DNA from: Nageia nagi
Taxonomy: Eukaryota; Plantae; Pinophyta
Direction of reading: 5' to 3'
Length of the DNA: 64,000 nt
NCBI GenBank assembly: GCA_050084985.1
Contig: JBITNC010000001.1
Coordinates: forward strand, 51,956,001 to 52,020,000
The notes under the pieces are model-generated. The model saw nothing but the letters and a program-made list of their open reading frames with translations. It ran no database searches and was not told the origin of the DNA. Shown here piece by piece: positions 12,335-25,829 of the stretch (position 1 is the first letter of the stretch; the number at the start of each line of letters is the position of its first letter). Both the position numbers and the translations under genes were made by a program.

Positions 12335-15300
12335 TTCATGAACCTTGTTAATCTTTTGTTATATGGTTAACATATTTGATTCATAAACTCTTTTTTTTTT
12401 GTACATAACACACTACTAATTCTTTTGATTAGTTTTTATAAATTTAGCATATATGTTAACCTTACAAATAAAATTTGGGCTCTTCAACGAATATAATATA
12501 TGGTTCTAGGATGATTCTTATTGTAATTAGGATATTGGAAGATTTTTTTATTTATATATAAAATTATAGGCTTAAGATTTGATAGTATCAGTTAACTTAT
12601 GAATAGCTATTTATTCTTAATTATACTTAAAATTATTCTATACATTTCTTTGAAAAAAAATTAATGTCCTTTTTTATTTGTAATAAAAATTTATTATTCT
12701 AGTTGACTTTTAATATTTTGGTTTTGCTAATTTTTAATATAATAAAAAAATTAGATTTTCTTAAACATTATTTTCCTTTTTTAACATACCCCATAAGCAT
12801 TAAATGGGTAGTCTAGTTCATTCAAGGTTTATTTTTAAAATTAAGAAAGTTCATTTGATTGCAGTAGATTATTTGATGATCAAAACATTACTATAAGCCT
12901 CATATATATAATAATAACCCCACCTATCTATTCCTCTCCATTCTATTTCATAAATCATGTGCATATATAAAAAAATCTTATATGTAAATACATAAACCCT
13001 ATGTGGAGCATCTTGATTTTTAATAAACATGATTAAGTATAAAATTCTTGTATTCAATTATCTTTCTCAAATAGATCCCATAATATCTATCTATTGAAAT
13101 CTTTCAATAACCATCCCTTATGGCTATGAAAGCACTATTTAAGAAGATTTTCCAAGAAATAGCAACAACTGTCCATAAAAGTTACTCCTAAGAAGATTTG
13201 CCAAGTAATTGCAACAATCTTATAATATAATAGTGAAACATAAATGTAATTTAAATAATTAAAATAATTCAATATTATAACTAATATATTATTAATATGA
13301 ATTTTTATCTGAATCAATAATTTACAAATATTTCCCTTTAATAATTAATGAAGATCAATGTTTAATTCATTCTTATATTATGTAATTTTATTATTTAATT
13401 AAAATATGGAATAATATCATCTATAATTTAGACTTAAATTATGTTGTGCCATGTCTTGTGATTAGATCCCTATGTTATACTTTGTTCATTGTAATTCCAA
13501 TATATCTAATTTTCTATAATACTTTTTATTTTTATTTTATTTTTAATTTAGCATAGTACTAATTTTTTTTTATTAATTTTTATAAATTTAGCTTTAAATG
13601 GGTAGTCTAGTGCACTCAAAGATTTTATTTTAAAATTAAGAAAGCTCCTTTGATCATTGCAGTAGAGTAGATTATTTGATGATTAAGACATTACCATAAG
13701 CCTCATTCATATATAATAATCACCCCACCTTCTTGCTCCTCTCCATTCTATTACATCAATCATGTGCATATATACAAAACTTGTAAATAGCTTATGCATA
13801 TAGACATTATTTGTACAAATTGTAGAGGGGAGCATGTTGATTTTTAATAAACATGATTAATTATTCAAGTTCTCTATTAAATTCTCTTTCTCCAAAAGAT
13901 CCCATAATATCTAGCTATTGAAATCTTCCAATAACCATCCCTTATGGCTAAGAAAGCATTGTATAAGAAGATTTTCCAAGAAATAGCAACAACCATCCAT
14001 AAAAGTTACTACTAAGAAGATTTACCAAGCAATTGCAACAACCTTCCATGAGAGTTACTCCTATGAATGTTATTTGGAAAAGTAACTATAATATTAAAAA
14101 TATTTAACTATATCAATTATATAATATAATAGTTAAACATATATGATATTTAATTAATTAAAATAATAAGAATAATTCAATATTATTTAATAACATATTA
14201 TTAATCTAAATTTTTATCTAAATAATTAATTTACAAATATTTCACTCTAATAATCAATCAAGATCAATATTTAACTCAATATTATCTTATGTGATTTTAT
14301 TATTTGATTAGAAGATGGAATAATATCATCTATAATTTAGAACTAAATTATGTTGTGTTATGTCTTGTGATCATATCCCTATGTTGTACTTTGTTAATTG
14401 CAATTCTAATATATTTAATTTTCCATAATACATTTTTTTTTTAATTTATCATAGTACTAATTATTTCTATTAGTTTTTATAAATTTAGCATATATGTTAA
14501 TCTTAACAAAAAAAATGGTAGCTCTCCATCCACTACAATATATGGTTCTACGATGCTTCTTATTGTAATTAAGATGTTGCATGATTATTTTATTTATATA
14601 AAAAACTATAGATTTAAGATGTTGATACTATTGGTTAACTTATGCATAGCTCTTTCTTCTCAATTATATTTAAAATTATTCTATACATTTCTTTGCAAAT
14701 TTTTTAATGTACTTTTTTATTTATGATAAAAATTGGAAAAAAATATTGATGAAAATTAATTCTAATTGCTTTTTAATATCTTGATTTTATTTACTCTTAA
14801 CATAATTCAAAATTTAGATTTTTTTACATATTCTTTTTGTTGTGTAACATACCTCATAAGCATTAAATGGGTAATCTAGTACACTCAAAGTTTTATTCTA
14901 AAATTAAAAAAGTTCCCTTGATCATTGCAATAGGCTATCTAATGATCAAAATGTTACCATAAACCTCATTCATATATCAAAATCACACAACCTAATTGCT
15001 CCTCTTCATTCAATTACATAAATAATATGTATATATACATAAATCTTGTAAGCGAATACATAAAACCTATGCATATATACATTATTTCTATAGATTGTAA
15101 AGGACAGCATCATAGTTTTCAATAAAATTAATTAATCATACAAGTCCTCTATTCAATTATCTTTATGCAATAGTGCAACAGATCCCATAATATCTAATGT
15201 CTAAGAAAGAACTTTCTAAGAATATTTTCCAAGCAATTAACCATTCATGAACATTACTCATATGAATGTTATTTAATTAGTTAAAATAATAATAATAATT

Positions 15301-16525
15301 CAATATTATTTATTAATATATTATTAATATAGATTTCTATCTAGATCAATAATTTACAAATATTTCACTCTAATGATCACTCAAGCTCAAGATTTAATTC
15401 AATTTTATCTTTTGTAATTTTATTATTTGATTAGAAGATGGAATAATATCATTTATAATTTAGAACTAAATTATCTTATGCCATGTCTTGTGATCAGATC
15501 CCTATGTAGTACTTTGTTCATTGTAGTTATGATATATCTTATTTTTTATAATACTTTTTTTTTGTATCTAGCACACTACTAAGTGTTTTTATTAGCTTTT
15601 ATAAATTTAGCATATATGTTAAGATTACAAACAAAATTTAGGCTCTCCACACACTCTAATATATGGTTCTAGGATACTTCTTATTGTACTTAGGATATTG
15701 CATCCATTTTTTTATTTATATATAAAACTATAGATTTAAGATGTTGATAGTATTGGTTAACTTATGAATAACTCTTCCTTATCAATTATAATTCAAATTA
15801 TTCTATACATTCCTTGCAAAATTTTTAATATACTTCTTTATTTCTAATAAAAATTCAAAAAAGTATTGATGAAAATTAATTCTAAAAGATTTTTAATGTC
15901 TTGGTTTCACTGATTATTAATATAAGTCAAAAAATTAATTTTTTTAAACATTCTTTTTATTTTGTAACATACCCCAAGCATTAAATAGGTAATCTAGTGC
16001 ACTCAAGGTTTTATTTCATGATCAAAATGTTACCATAAACCTCATTCATATATCAAAATCCTCTCACTTGCCTCTCTCTGTTCTATTGCATAAATCATGT
16101 TCATATATACATAAAGCTTGTATGTAGATACATAAAGCTTGTTCATATATGCATTATTTCTACATATTGTAAAGGGAGCACTTTGATTTTCAATAAACTT
16201 AATGAATTATACAAGTCCTCTATTCAACTCTGTTTCTCCAATAGATCCCATAATATCTACCAATTGAAATCTTCTAATAACCAATGCTTATGGCTAAAAA
16301 GCAATTTCTATGAATATTTTCGAATCAATAGCAACAACCATCCATAAAGTTAATCCTATGAATGTTATTTGGATAAGTAACTATATTATTGAAAATATTT
16401 AACTATATCAATTATATAATATAATAGTGAAACATAATTGTTATTTGATTAATTAAAATAATAAGATTAATTCATTATTATTTACTAATATATTATTAAT
16501 ACAAATTTTTATCTAAATCAATAAT
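12335..16525. repeat. Tandem macro-repeat of ~4 diverged units (0.9-1.15 kb)
   Basis: Anchor (c/t)a(c/g)tactaa..tttttataaatttagc recurs at ~12410, 13553, 14452 and 15573. Shared blocks include attaaatgggtagtctag, gatcccataatatcta and atggaataatatcat. Confidence 0.9.
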
Positions 16526-16869
16526 TATGCATAAAGGCATAACTATAATGGAAGCATGGAAGCCAAGGGATGGGGCGTGTAGCCAAAATGTTGCGGTCTA
16601 TGCAAGCATAAATATTTGATCGAACTATTTTGATTTTATTAAAATTTTCTTACAAAGCTGACTATATTAATTTTAATAATTATGTTTTATATATAAAGGA
16701 AATGTTTTTATATTTTTAATATTATTTAATTTAATTTATTAAAAAATTAAATAAATGATTTTAAAGAATGATTGCTTAAAAATTATTATTAGATATAAAA
16801 ATACCAAGAAATGATATTTTTTTGGCATTTTTTGATATATAAGGGGTTATATCAAAGCTAGTTTAAAAA

Positions 16870-17162
16870 CATTTCATTCTAATAATCATTCAACGAAAAA
16901 TATAAGCATAATATAACTCTCATATAAATTAATTCCCATATTGGCATAATAATAAATTGTTATTCTTAAATACTAATATAAGAAAGCATTTATTAGATAT
17001 TAATAATGAAAAAAATTATTATCATGCACTTAATAATTAAGGTATGTATTCGCTAATCATTTATTTTTCTATCTCTATTTTCTAGCAAAAATGACTATTC
17101 AAAATCGTTAGTACAAAATAAATTCAAATAAAAAATTATAGTATCAAAATAATTCAAAGAAT
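16870..17162. repeat. ~290-bp AT-rich dispersed repeat (other copies ~27680-27973 and ~57809-58102)
   Basis: ttaattcccatatt..cataataataaatt..aaatactaatataag..tttattagatattaataatgaaaaaa..tattatcatgcact is shared with 27720-27970. Confidence 0.8.
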
Positions 17163-20100
17163 CTAGAAGGAGGACCTTAAAATTTAGCCCATTACATAAT
17201 TCCCCACTTGATATAATCATAGTCCTTTTCTATTAGAAAAATATATTGAAGTATGTAGTATTCATTTTCATTTATTATATTTGTACCCAAATTCACTATT
17301 ATATTATTTATTATAAGTGAGAAAACATAATAAAGTGGTAGATAGCATAAAAGCACTAAACATTTATCATGCCAACAAAGGTAAAAAACTTTTGAGGAAA
17401 AACTTTTAATCATCCAAAAGCAATAATTAAAATGTATAAGTAACAAGGTTGTGAGATCGTTTACCTTTAAGGTAATATCCTAGCGTATAATGCAATCAAA
17501 CAATTCAAATGTCTATATTAATTATATTTTCTTTTTGGGCTATCAAAAGTCCTACCTAACATATTCCATATTACTTACTTGATTAGATGTTCATCCTAGA
17601 TTAAAGGATTAACTCTTGGAATCAATAAACACTTCAAAAAGGACATCAAATCTTCAAAAATGAAATGATAAATCATTTATTTAGTTTCCTTTTATTTGCA
17701 GGTAAAATGACTATCCAAAATCATTATTCTAAGATACCTTCAACTTAAAAATTACCATAGCGCAATAAATTGAAGCCTTAAGAAGGATGATCTTAAAAAT
17801 CAGACCCCAACACTAGTAAGGGTGTATCTTGTTAATATTTCATAGTTTTTTAATTAGGTGTAACTCTTGTTTCAATGAAGATTTTGTGTTCAACATATAT
17901 CAAATTTATTGATTATTCTAATATTTTATATTACCTTTTAAATTATTCAACTTATAGGTGCAGTTCAACATATGTTTACCAATCCTAGGATTAATAGTTC
18001 ATGTAGGTACATTTTCTTGAAAATTAAGAATCATTTGCACCTGTTAGTAAGCTCTATCAAATTAACTTTTGGCCAATGATATTATCCTCCAATTTGTGAG
18101 ACTTTATATTTGAACAAAATACCTCTTTATGTCCAATGATAAGTATATAAAAAGATATCTAGTTTTTTTATAACGTTTTATCCTTTCAACCATTTACTTA
18201 TCTAAGTGAAATTATCTATCATGTTAAATGGTAGCTTACAGTTTCCTTATTGTTACTTCCTTATCTATTGAATGTCATTGAAATTTCTATTAACAATATA
18301 ATAAACATCAATATATTAAATAATCTAAGCTAAAATTTAATCCCAACATATCCTTTTATACTTTGAGAATTATAGACTATAGACATTCAGTAGACAAAAA
18401 TGTAGATTGAATTTTGAGATAATTTCCTATAACTATCATTTGTAAATAATTTACAAACTAGAGAGAAGAATGAAGTTTGCAATTATCCCATACAAATACA
18501 TATCCCTCAATTTTACAATAGAGTCTTTTGTAAAAATAGTACATTTGGGAAAAAGAAAATTATATATTCCCAAATTACTAGTTGAGGAATGAAATTTTCC
18601 CTTATAATATTGTTGGGGGAATGAAGGCCCTATGTATGCCTTGAGGTTTGAATCATAAAGTTACTTGGGATTTTTAAAATAAATAAAAATTACCAAGTTT
18701 ATATTTTATGCCTCCTTCCAACCCTTAATATTTTTTTTGTTGAACCTTCTCTATAGTGGGGTGTCCTCTTCTTTTCATGCATATACAAATGTTGGCCAAC
18801 TTTTTTTAATTAATTGTTTACTTTAGTATATGTCCTTTGTAGATAACCTTGAGTAATGGTTGAAAGCTTCTATGTATTACTACTTTATCCTCATTTTTAG
18901 GGTTTAAAGTTGAAGGAATAGTAATATCCATATTAATTTTCATCTCTTCAAGTGATATATTATGCTCTTCTATTTCTTCCCATGTGGTTCCTTCTATTGG
19001 ATCTAGGAGGATAATGGAGAGGAATTAAACCCAATGTTGAGTATGGTGCAGCAGTGTTATCATTATTTTTAACATGATGAGAGTAGTGTACATATGGTTC
19101 ACATGGTTGCACATGTCAAACTAATAATGTTGAAAAGATTTGCAAAGTTATCAAATGCAAAAATGACAAAAGGCCCAAAAGTTATCATGAGGTACCAAAA
19201 GTTATCAAGAGGGCCAAACCGCAAATGGAAGGTGATGGATAACTAGAGATGGATTTAATAAGTTATTGGATTTATAATAAGGTTGTGTGCAACATTGGAA
19301 TAGTTAAATTTCATATTGGTTCTTTTTAGGGCACACTTATGAATTTTTGAATAGTTAGACTTATGGGTGATATTAGCTCCATGAAAGTTAAATTTTGAAT
19401 AAATGGTGTTGATTCATAGGCTAACATTTAAATCATATATAGTAATACATACTAATAATATGTGATCAAAATTTTGTAGCAAGATGATGACCAATGCAAA
19501 ATTGGCACAAGCTACAAAATGTCACTTAGTAATGTTTTGTAGTTTGGTGCATTTTTTGGGACAATAATGAAAAAAAGTAATTCTATGAGTTTGATTTGAT
19601 ATATTTGATTCTTGGTTGTAGATTTGCAATTAGCATGAAAAATCTCATAACTTTGATTTTTGGTTTATCTTAATTCAAGGTCTAGAAGTCAATGAATAAA
19701 GATGCCTAGTAAGTGTTTGATGAAATGACAAGACATAAATTTTGACTAAATGTTGAGCCCAATTTTGGGAGTGAAATGTTTGACAAAATGTTATTATAAT
19801 TTTTGAGTATATATTTTTATTTCTTATTAAAATATATTACACTCCTAATTGAGTGTGGAGAATTTTAGTGATATAAAATATAAATACAAGCTTTTAGAGA
19901 TGGTTGATGATTTATACAAAAAATGTAATACCATTTCATGTCATAAAAACTTGGAACATGCATTTTGAGTGCAATTGATATATTATCATGAACCAGTTTT
20001 GCAATATTCAAAGTTTTTTGGGTTTGTATATTGGCAATGTAGTATGATTGTGAGTAGTGTGTAAAGTATGTGTGAGTAATGAAAATGTTTGCAATGAATG

Positions 20101-20679
20101 ATTTCTTTATAGTTCTACAAGTGTTGAGAGTTCTAAATGTGTGTGAGAAATCATATCAATCTTGAATCAAAATGTGAGACATTTTCTTGATCTAAATAAT
20201 GACATTTCTTCCAATGGTTTCAAGAAACGTTTCTTAGTCCATTTTGGGGTTTTCAACTGATAGGTGTGAAGAGTGAGTGAGTATGAATAAAAGGGTTGAA
20301 GCTATAGAAGAGTGTGGTAATTTTTGGAATAAAAAAGAATTATTGAAGAGATAGATTCAAATTATGGTTATGTGTATAAGTGTTTTGAGCTAGACCATTT
20401 TGAGTCTTGGGTAACTAGTTATTAATCCTTTATCTTATCTTATGAAATCTATCAAGTGGGTGGTTGGCAAGAGGATTTGATGCTCCTTGTAGTTGGTGAT
20501 GTAGAACTTAGGGATTGGTGCTCTTTCCAATTGGTGATAGTAAATTTTGTGTAAAGTTAGATATTTATAATAGTTGGATTTGGATTGGAGTCCAACCAAT
20601 CTTATTCAAGGACGTAGCCACATTGGTAAACCTTGTTATATCATATGTTGTGTTATATTTCTCTTGTGTGTTTGATTAG

Positions 20680-21715
20680 TAGGGTTTTAAAAAAAGGTAT
20701 GGTGTATAGTAATATCTACATAAAATATGAAAATAATAATCAAGTTATCATTGTGGTTTATTTAGATGATATTATTTTTGGAGGTAGTAAAGGTGAAATA
20801 TGCGAAGAGTTTGCAAACTAAATGTAAATAGACTTTGAGATGTCAATGATAGGTGAAATTTCATATTTTCTTGGTTTGCAAGTTAATTAGTTAAAGAATG
20901 GTATTTTTATTTTACAAATCAAGCATGTAAAGGAGATGTTAAAAATTTTCACTATAGAGGATTACAAGCCTGTGAGCACTCCCATGGTGATGGGTTGCAA
21001 GTTAAGTAAGGATGATAAAGCACCAATAATGGATCAAACATAGTATAAGTCAATGATTGGAAGTTTACTTTACTTGACTACCACTAGACCAGATATTTTG
21101 TAAGTAGTATGCATGGTTGCATGATTTTAGGCTATCTGAATGTAACACATGTGACTATAATGAAGAGGATATTTCAGTTCCTCAAGGGTACAATGGATTA
21201 TGGCCTATGGTATCCCAAGAGGAAGGATTTCCAACTCATTTCTTTCTGAGATGTAGTTTGGGTAAGGTGTGTAGATGACAAGAAGAGTACTAGTGTTGGT
21301 TCATTTTACCTAGGCAATAATCTTATTGGTTGGTATAGCAAGAAATAAGAATAGGTATCATTGTCCATAGCAGAAGCAAAGTACATAGTAGTGACATCAT
21401 GTTGCACATAGGTTATGTGGGTGAAATAAATGATGAAAGATTTAGGTATTCACATCAATGAGCCCATTTTAGTTATGTGTGATAACACAAGTGCAATTAA
21501 TATTTCTAAAAATTTGATCATGCATTCAAAAATGAAACACATTGCCATTTGGTTCTTGAAGGAAATGATTGCATAAGGAGAGGTAAAGTTGAAATTTATT
21601 CTCACATCAAAGTAAGTAGCATATATATTTACTAAACCATTACCCAAGAAAATTTTTGAGTACTTGCAAAAGAAATTGGGAGTGGTGACATTGTCCAAGT
21701 ATTGACTAGCTTTTG
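20680..21715 (+). pseudogene. copia RT (3' half)-RNase H pseudogene
   Basis: VYLDDIIFGG, FEMSMIGEISYFLGLQV, YKSMIGSLLYLTTTRPDI, DDKKSTS, SIAEAKYI, MCDNTSAINISKN, IFTKPL, with stops. Confidence 0.93.
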
Positions 21716-21920
21716 GGTGCATAATCTCAAGGGGAATAATTTTGTACCTTCTTATCTTTTTACTCCTATATAATTATGTTTTATTATATAGTGATTTATA
21801 TTTTAGTATTATGTATATGGACTCAGGGGGAGTCCAATGCATCCATTTGTATTTGTTGTGAAAGGGGGAGAAGAGTAACAAGTTTTTGCATGTGTTACCA
21901 ACAATTCTAAAGGGGGAGAT

Positions 21921-23666
21921 TGTTGAGTACGGTGTAGTGGTGCTATCATTGTTGTCAACATAATGAGATCAAAGTGCATATGATTCACATGTACATGTTA
22001 AAGAAATGACATCAACAAGATTTGCATAGTTGTCAGATGCAAAAATGACAAAAGGACCAAAAGATGTCATGAGGTACCAAAAGTTGTCAAGAGGGCCAAA
22101 ATGCAATTGGAAGGTGATGAACAACCCAATATGACTTGGATAAGTTTTTTGATTGATAACAAACTTGTGTACAACATTGGAATGGTCAAATTTAATGTTG
22201 GTTCTTTCTTGGGCACACTTATGGATTTTTGAACAATCAGAATTTTGGGTGAAATTGGCTCCATGCAAGTCAAATTTTGAGCAAATGGTGTTGATTAAAA
22301 ATTTTAAATTTAACTTATATATAGAACTATATACCAAGAACATGTGGTCCAAATTTCATAGCAAGATGATGACCAGGGTAGAAATGGTGCAAGCTACAAT
22401 ATACCACTTAGTAACTTTTTGAAGTTTGGTGCACTTTTTGGGATAGCAATGAAAAAAAGGAATTTCATGAGTTTGATTTGAGATATTTGATTTATGGTTG
22501 TATATTTGCAATATGCATAAAAAATCTTATAACTTTGGTTTTTAGTTCATCTCAATTTGAGGTTTAGAAGTCAATGAATAAGGATTCCTGGTAAGTGTTT
22601 GATGAAATGATAAGACATAAATTTTGGCTAAGTGTTGAGCCTAATTTTAGCAGTGAAATGTTTGGGAAAATGCTTATTATGATTTTTGAGTGTATAGTTT
22701 TATTTCTTGTTAAAATATATTACACTCCTAATTGAGTTTTGAGAGTTTTAGTGATATAAAATATAGAAACAGGCTTTTAGATATGATTGGTGATCTATGT
22801 AGAAATGGTAATACCATTTTTGTATCATATGGAATTGGAACATGCATTTTGAGTACAATCAATATATTATCATGAACCAGTTTTGCAATATTCAAATTTT
22901 TTTGGGTTTATCTATTGGTAGTGTAGTATGATTTTGAGTAATGTATGAAGTATGTGTGAGTAACAAAAGTGTCTATAAAGAATGATTTCTTTATAGTTCT
23001 ACAAGTGTTGAGAGTTCTAAATGTGTGTGAGAAATCATATCAATTTTGAATCAGAATGTGAAACATTTTCTTGATTTGAATAATACCACTCCTTTCAGTT
23101 ATTTCAAGAATAATTTTTTGGTCTATTTTTTGGGTTTTTCAACTGATAGGTGTGAAGAGTGAGTGAGTATGAATAAAAAGGTTGAAGCTATAAAAGAATG
23201 TGGTGATTTTTGGAATGAGAAGAAAATATTTATGAGATAGATTCAAATTATGGTTGTGAGTAGAAGTGTTTTGAGCTAGACCATTTCATGTCTTTGATAA
23301 TTGGTTATTAATCCTTCATGTTATCTTATTGAATTTGTCAAGTGGATGCTTGGCAAGAGGAGTTGGTTCTCCATGTAGTTGGTGCTACAGAACTTAGGAG
23401 TTGGTGCACCTTCTAGTTGGTGGTGGTAAATTATGTATAAAGTTGGAGTTTTACAATGGTCGAATTTGGATTGGATTCCAAGCAATCTTATTAGGGTATG
23501 TAGCTACATTGGTGAACCTTGTTATATCTTGTGTTGTGTGATGTTCTCTTATGTGTTTCTATTTAGTTTCATCTTTTTGATGCATTGTTTAAAGTTTTTG
23601 GGTTTGAAGTTTTAAATTTAAAGACACTTATTCATCCCCCATCTCAATGTAATATGTAGTTCAACA
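21921..23666 (+). repeat. 3' LTR (~1,746 bp) of the SIRE-like element
   Basis: Follows PPT aaagggggagat; TG...CA ends; homologous to 19035-20675. Confidence 0.9.
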
Positions 23667-25039
23667 TGTAAAACATTGGTGAGTTTGGAGAGGATCTATA
23701 AAAGGATGCATACAAGATGGGACAAGTTCATCCTCTCATATTTGAAATGGTTGAAGATTATGGAACTGAGTGCAACTATTTGCCTTTTGATTAATATCCA
23801 ATTACTTATTATTGGTTGAATAGTTAGCAGGATGGGAAGAGAGGGTCTTACCTAGAACAACCCTAAACTTAAGAACTTAGAAAATAGGATTGCCATATTT
23901 CACTTATAGGTTAGGTGGAGCTACAGAGGGAACTAGTGTGCAAGATTTCTATACTCTAAATAGACCCTACATATGAAGACTATGTTTTTGTTATGTAATA
24001 ATTTCTCCAAAACAATACCATCATGCAACAAATTGATGTTAATCTTAATATGTACAGAGGCTTTTACATCAATGTGGATACAAATCCTTATATATAGAGT
24101 GGTCTTGCAATGATTAGTACAATCAAATTTGTAGAGATATACAACTATTGAGTTTCCCATTACCTCAAAGGTTTCTTTATACCAAAGATATCTTAGAAGA
24201 TTAGGAAGGTTGATTTATATATGATCCTTAATTCTAGCTTCAAGACACATCTTAAAACTAGGGTATGGTGTTTTGATAAATTATACCACTCACCTACGAA
24301 ACCATTCTCCACCATAAAAAAATTAATCTCTATCTTCTTGGGTGGAAAATGTGGCTAGTGAATAACCATTGGAATAATGATTAATTGAGACCTCTCTATT
24401 TATATCCTATATGCAATAGGGAAGATCCTAATGTTTTAAGATTGTGATGTAACTTCTCATTACTATTCTTCAATATTTAATTTTGCATATCTTATGTAGC
24501 CTACAATTGACCATTCTGATTCTTTTTGGGTTCTTGACCCCACGTATGCATTCATTGAAACCTCTGCTAAAGTCTAGTTGGTTGTTACACAAACAAAATT
24601 AAGGCTTGAGTGGAGAATCCTATATCAATTAAAAATTTAACTCTATTTATTTAAAATATCTTAAATATCTTATATGTATATCTAAACATGCACAAAGGCG
24701 ATGTTTAGTAGATCTATATTTAAGTTAATTCATTAATTTAATTTTAATATTTCAAATAATATCCTTTTGAAAAAAAATTTAAAATATTTTAAAAGTCAAT
24801 CATAATTTCTTTAAAGATTATCCTCATGAAAATTAATCATCCTATTCACTACCTACTTTCTTTTGAACACATTATTTTGTTGGATTTTCTTCAATTGCAT
24901 AAATTAATTATCTAAATTACAGTTAAATTAATTAACTAAAAAATAAACATACTGCTTGATAGATAATATTTTAAATATTACCACATTCTCCTCCATAAAA
25001 ATATTATTCTAGAAAAAAATAAATAAATTAATTAGCTGA

Positions 25040-25828
25040 TTATGTCGCTTTGCTTGCTTTGCTATATGCCTTCATGCAGCATGGTGAATGAAAGTTGTAA
25101 ATACTTCAGCACCATGATCCAAAGTTATGGCCTTACACCCAAGTTAGAGCATTATGCTTGTATGGTTGACTTGCTTGGTAAGGGGGGTCTTCTTGGTGAG
25201 GCACATAACATTATTGCATTGATGCCAATAGAAGCATATGCTTTTATATTTGGAGCTTTGCTTAGTGCCTACAAAATTCATTGCAATATTATGATTGAAA
25301 AAATTGTGGGAAAACATCTTTTGAATAGGAAATCTTGTTTTGCTATCAAACATTTATGTTGAATATGGAAGATTGGAACAAGTTGCAATGGTAAGAAAAA
25401 GAAAATGGATTAAGAAGAGTGTCAAGATGCAGCTGGATTGAGATAAAGAACAGAGTGCACACATTCCTTGTTGGGGATACATCGTATCCATAATCAGATC
25501 AAATTTATGAGAAGTTGAAGAGCTTGCTTAAGAAAATAGAGAAGGTAGGGTACATTCTTGATACCAGCTTTGTGTTGCATGATGTAGAGAAGAAAAAGAA
25601 GAAAAGTATCCTTTTGGTCACAGTGAGAAGCTGGCTCTTCCATTTGGACTTATCAGCACCAACATAGGGACAACAATACAATTTATAAATAATCTCTATT
25701 TTTGTGGTGATTGTCACAATGCAACCAAATTTATTTCCAAGACTATTGAGCGTGAAATTATCATAAAACACGTCAACCATTTTCATCATATCAAGAATGG
25801 ATTGTGTTTTTGTAGGGACTATTGGTAA
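25040..25828 (+). pseudogene. 5'-truncated PLS-class PPR (E+/DYW) RNA-editing factor pseudogene
   Basis: PKLEHYACMVDLLGKGGLL, FGALLSAYKIH, VLLSNIY, CSWIEIKNRVHTFLVGD, GHSEKLA, CGDCH, HFHHIKNGLCFCRDYW-stop (25828). Intronless, with several frameshifts and an in-frame TAA at 25491. Confidence 0.93.
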
Positions 25829-25829
25829 A

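Larger units (their letters stand above)
19035..23666 (+). mobile_element. SIRE/Maximus-like Ty1/copia LTR retrotransposon, internally deleted
   Basis: Long LTRs at 19035-~20675 (3'-truncated) and 21921-23666 (tgttga...tcaaca). RT-RH relic present. Repeated GGGGGAG tracts at ~21826, 21862 and 21909. U5 motif attcatccccc near the LTR end. Diverged TSD cccaa / tgtaa. Confidence 0.85.
17163..24650 (-). mobile_element. Degenerate L1-clade LINE (copy B), split by the LTR element at 19035-23666
   Basis: Colinear homology (~80-85% by eye) with 1-509 plus 5586-7560. It holds the empty site of the 510-5585 element (ggccaatgatattatcctcc, ~18071-18090). Confidence 0.6.

Noticed and set aside
21969-22422. 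ORFs of 68-127 aa in LTRs (also 458-718, 5083-5292 and the duplicates)
   Set aside because: They lie within LTRs, have no domain, and recur only because of LTR or segmental duplication.
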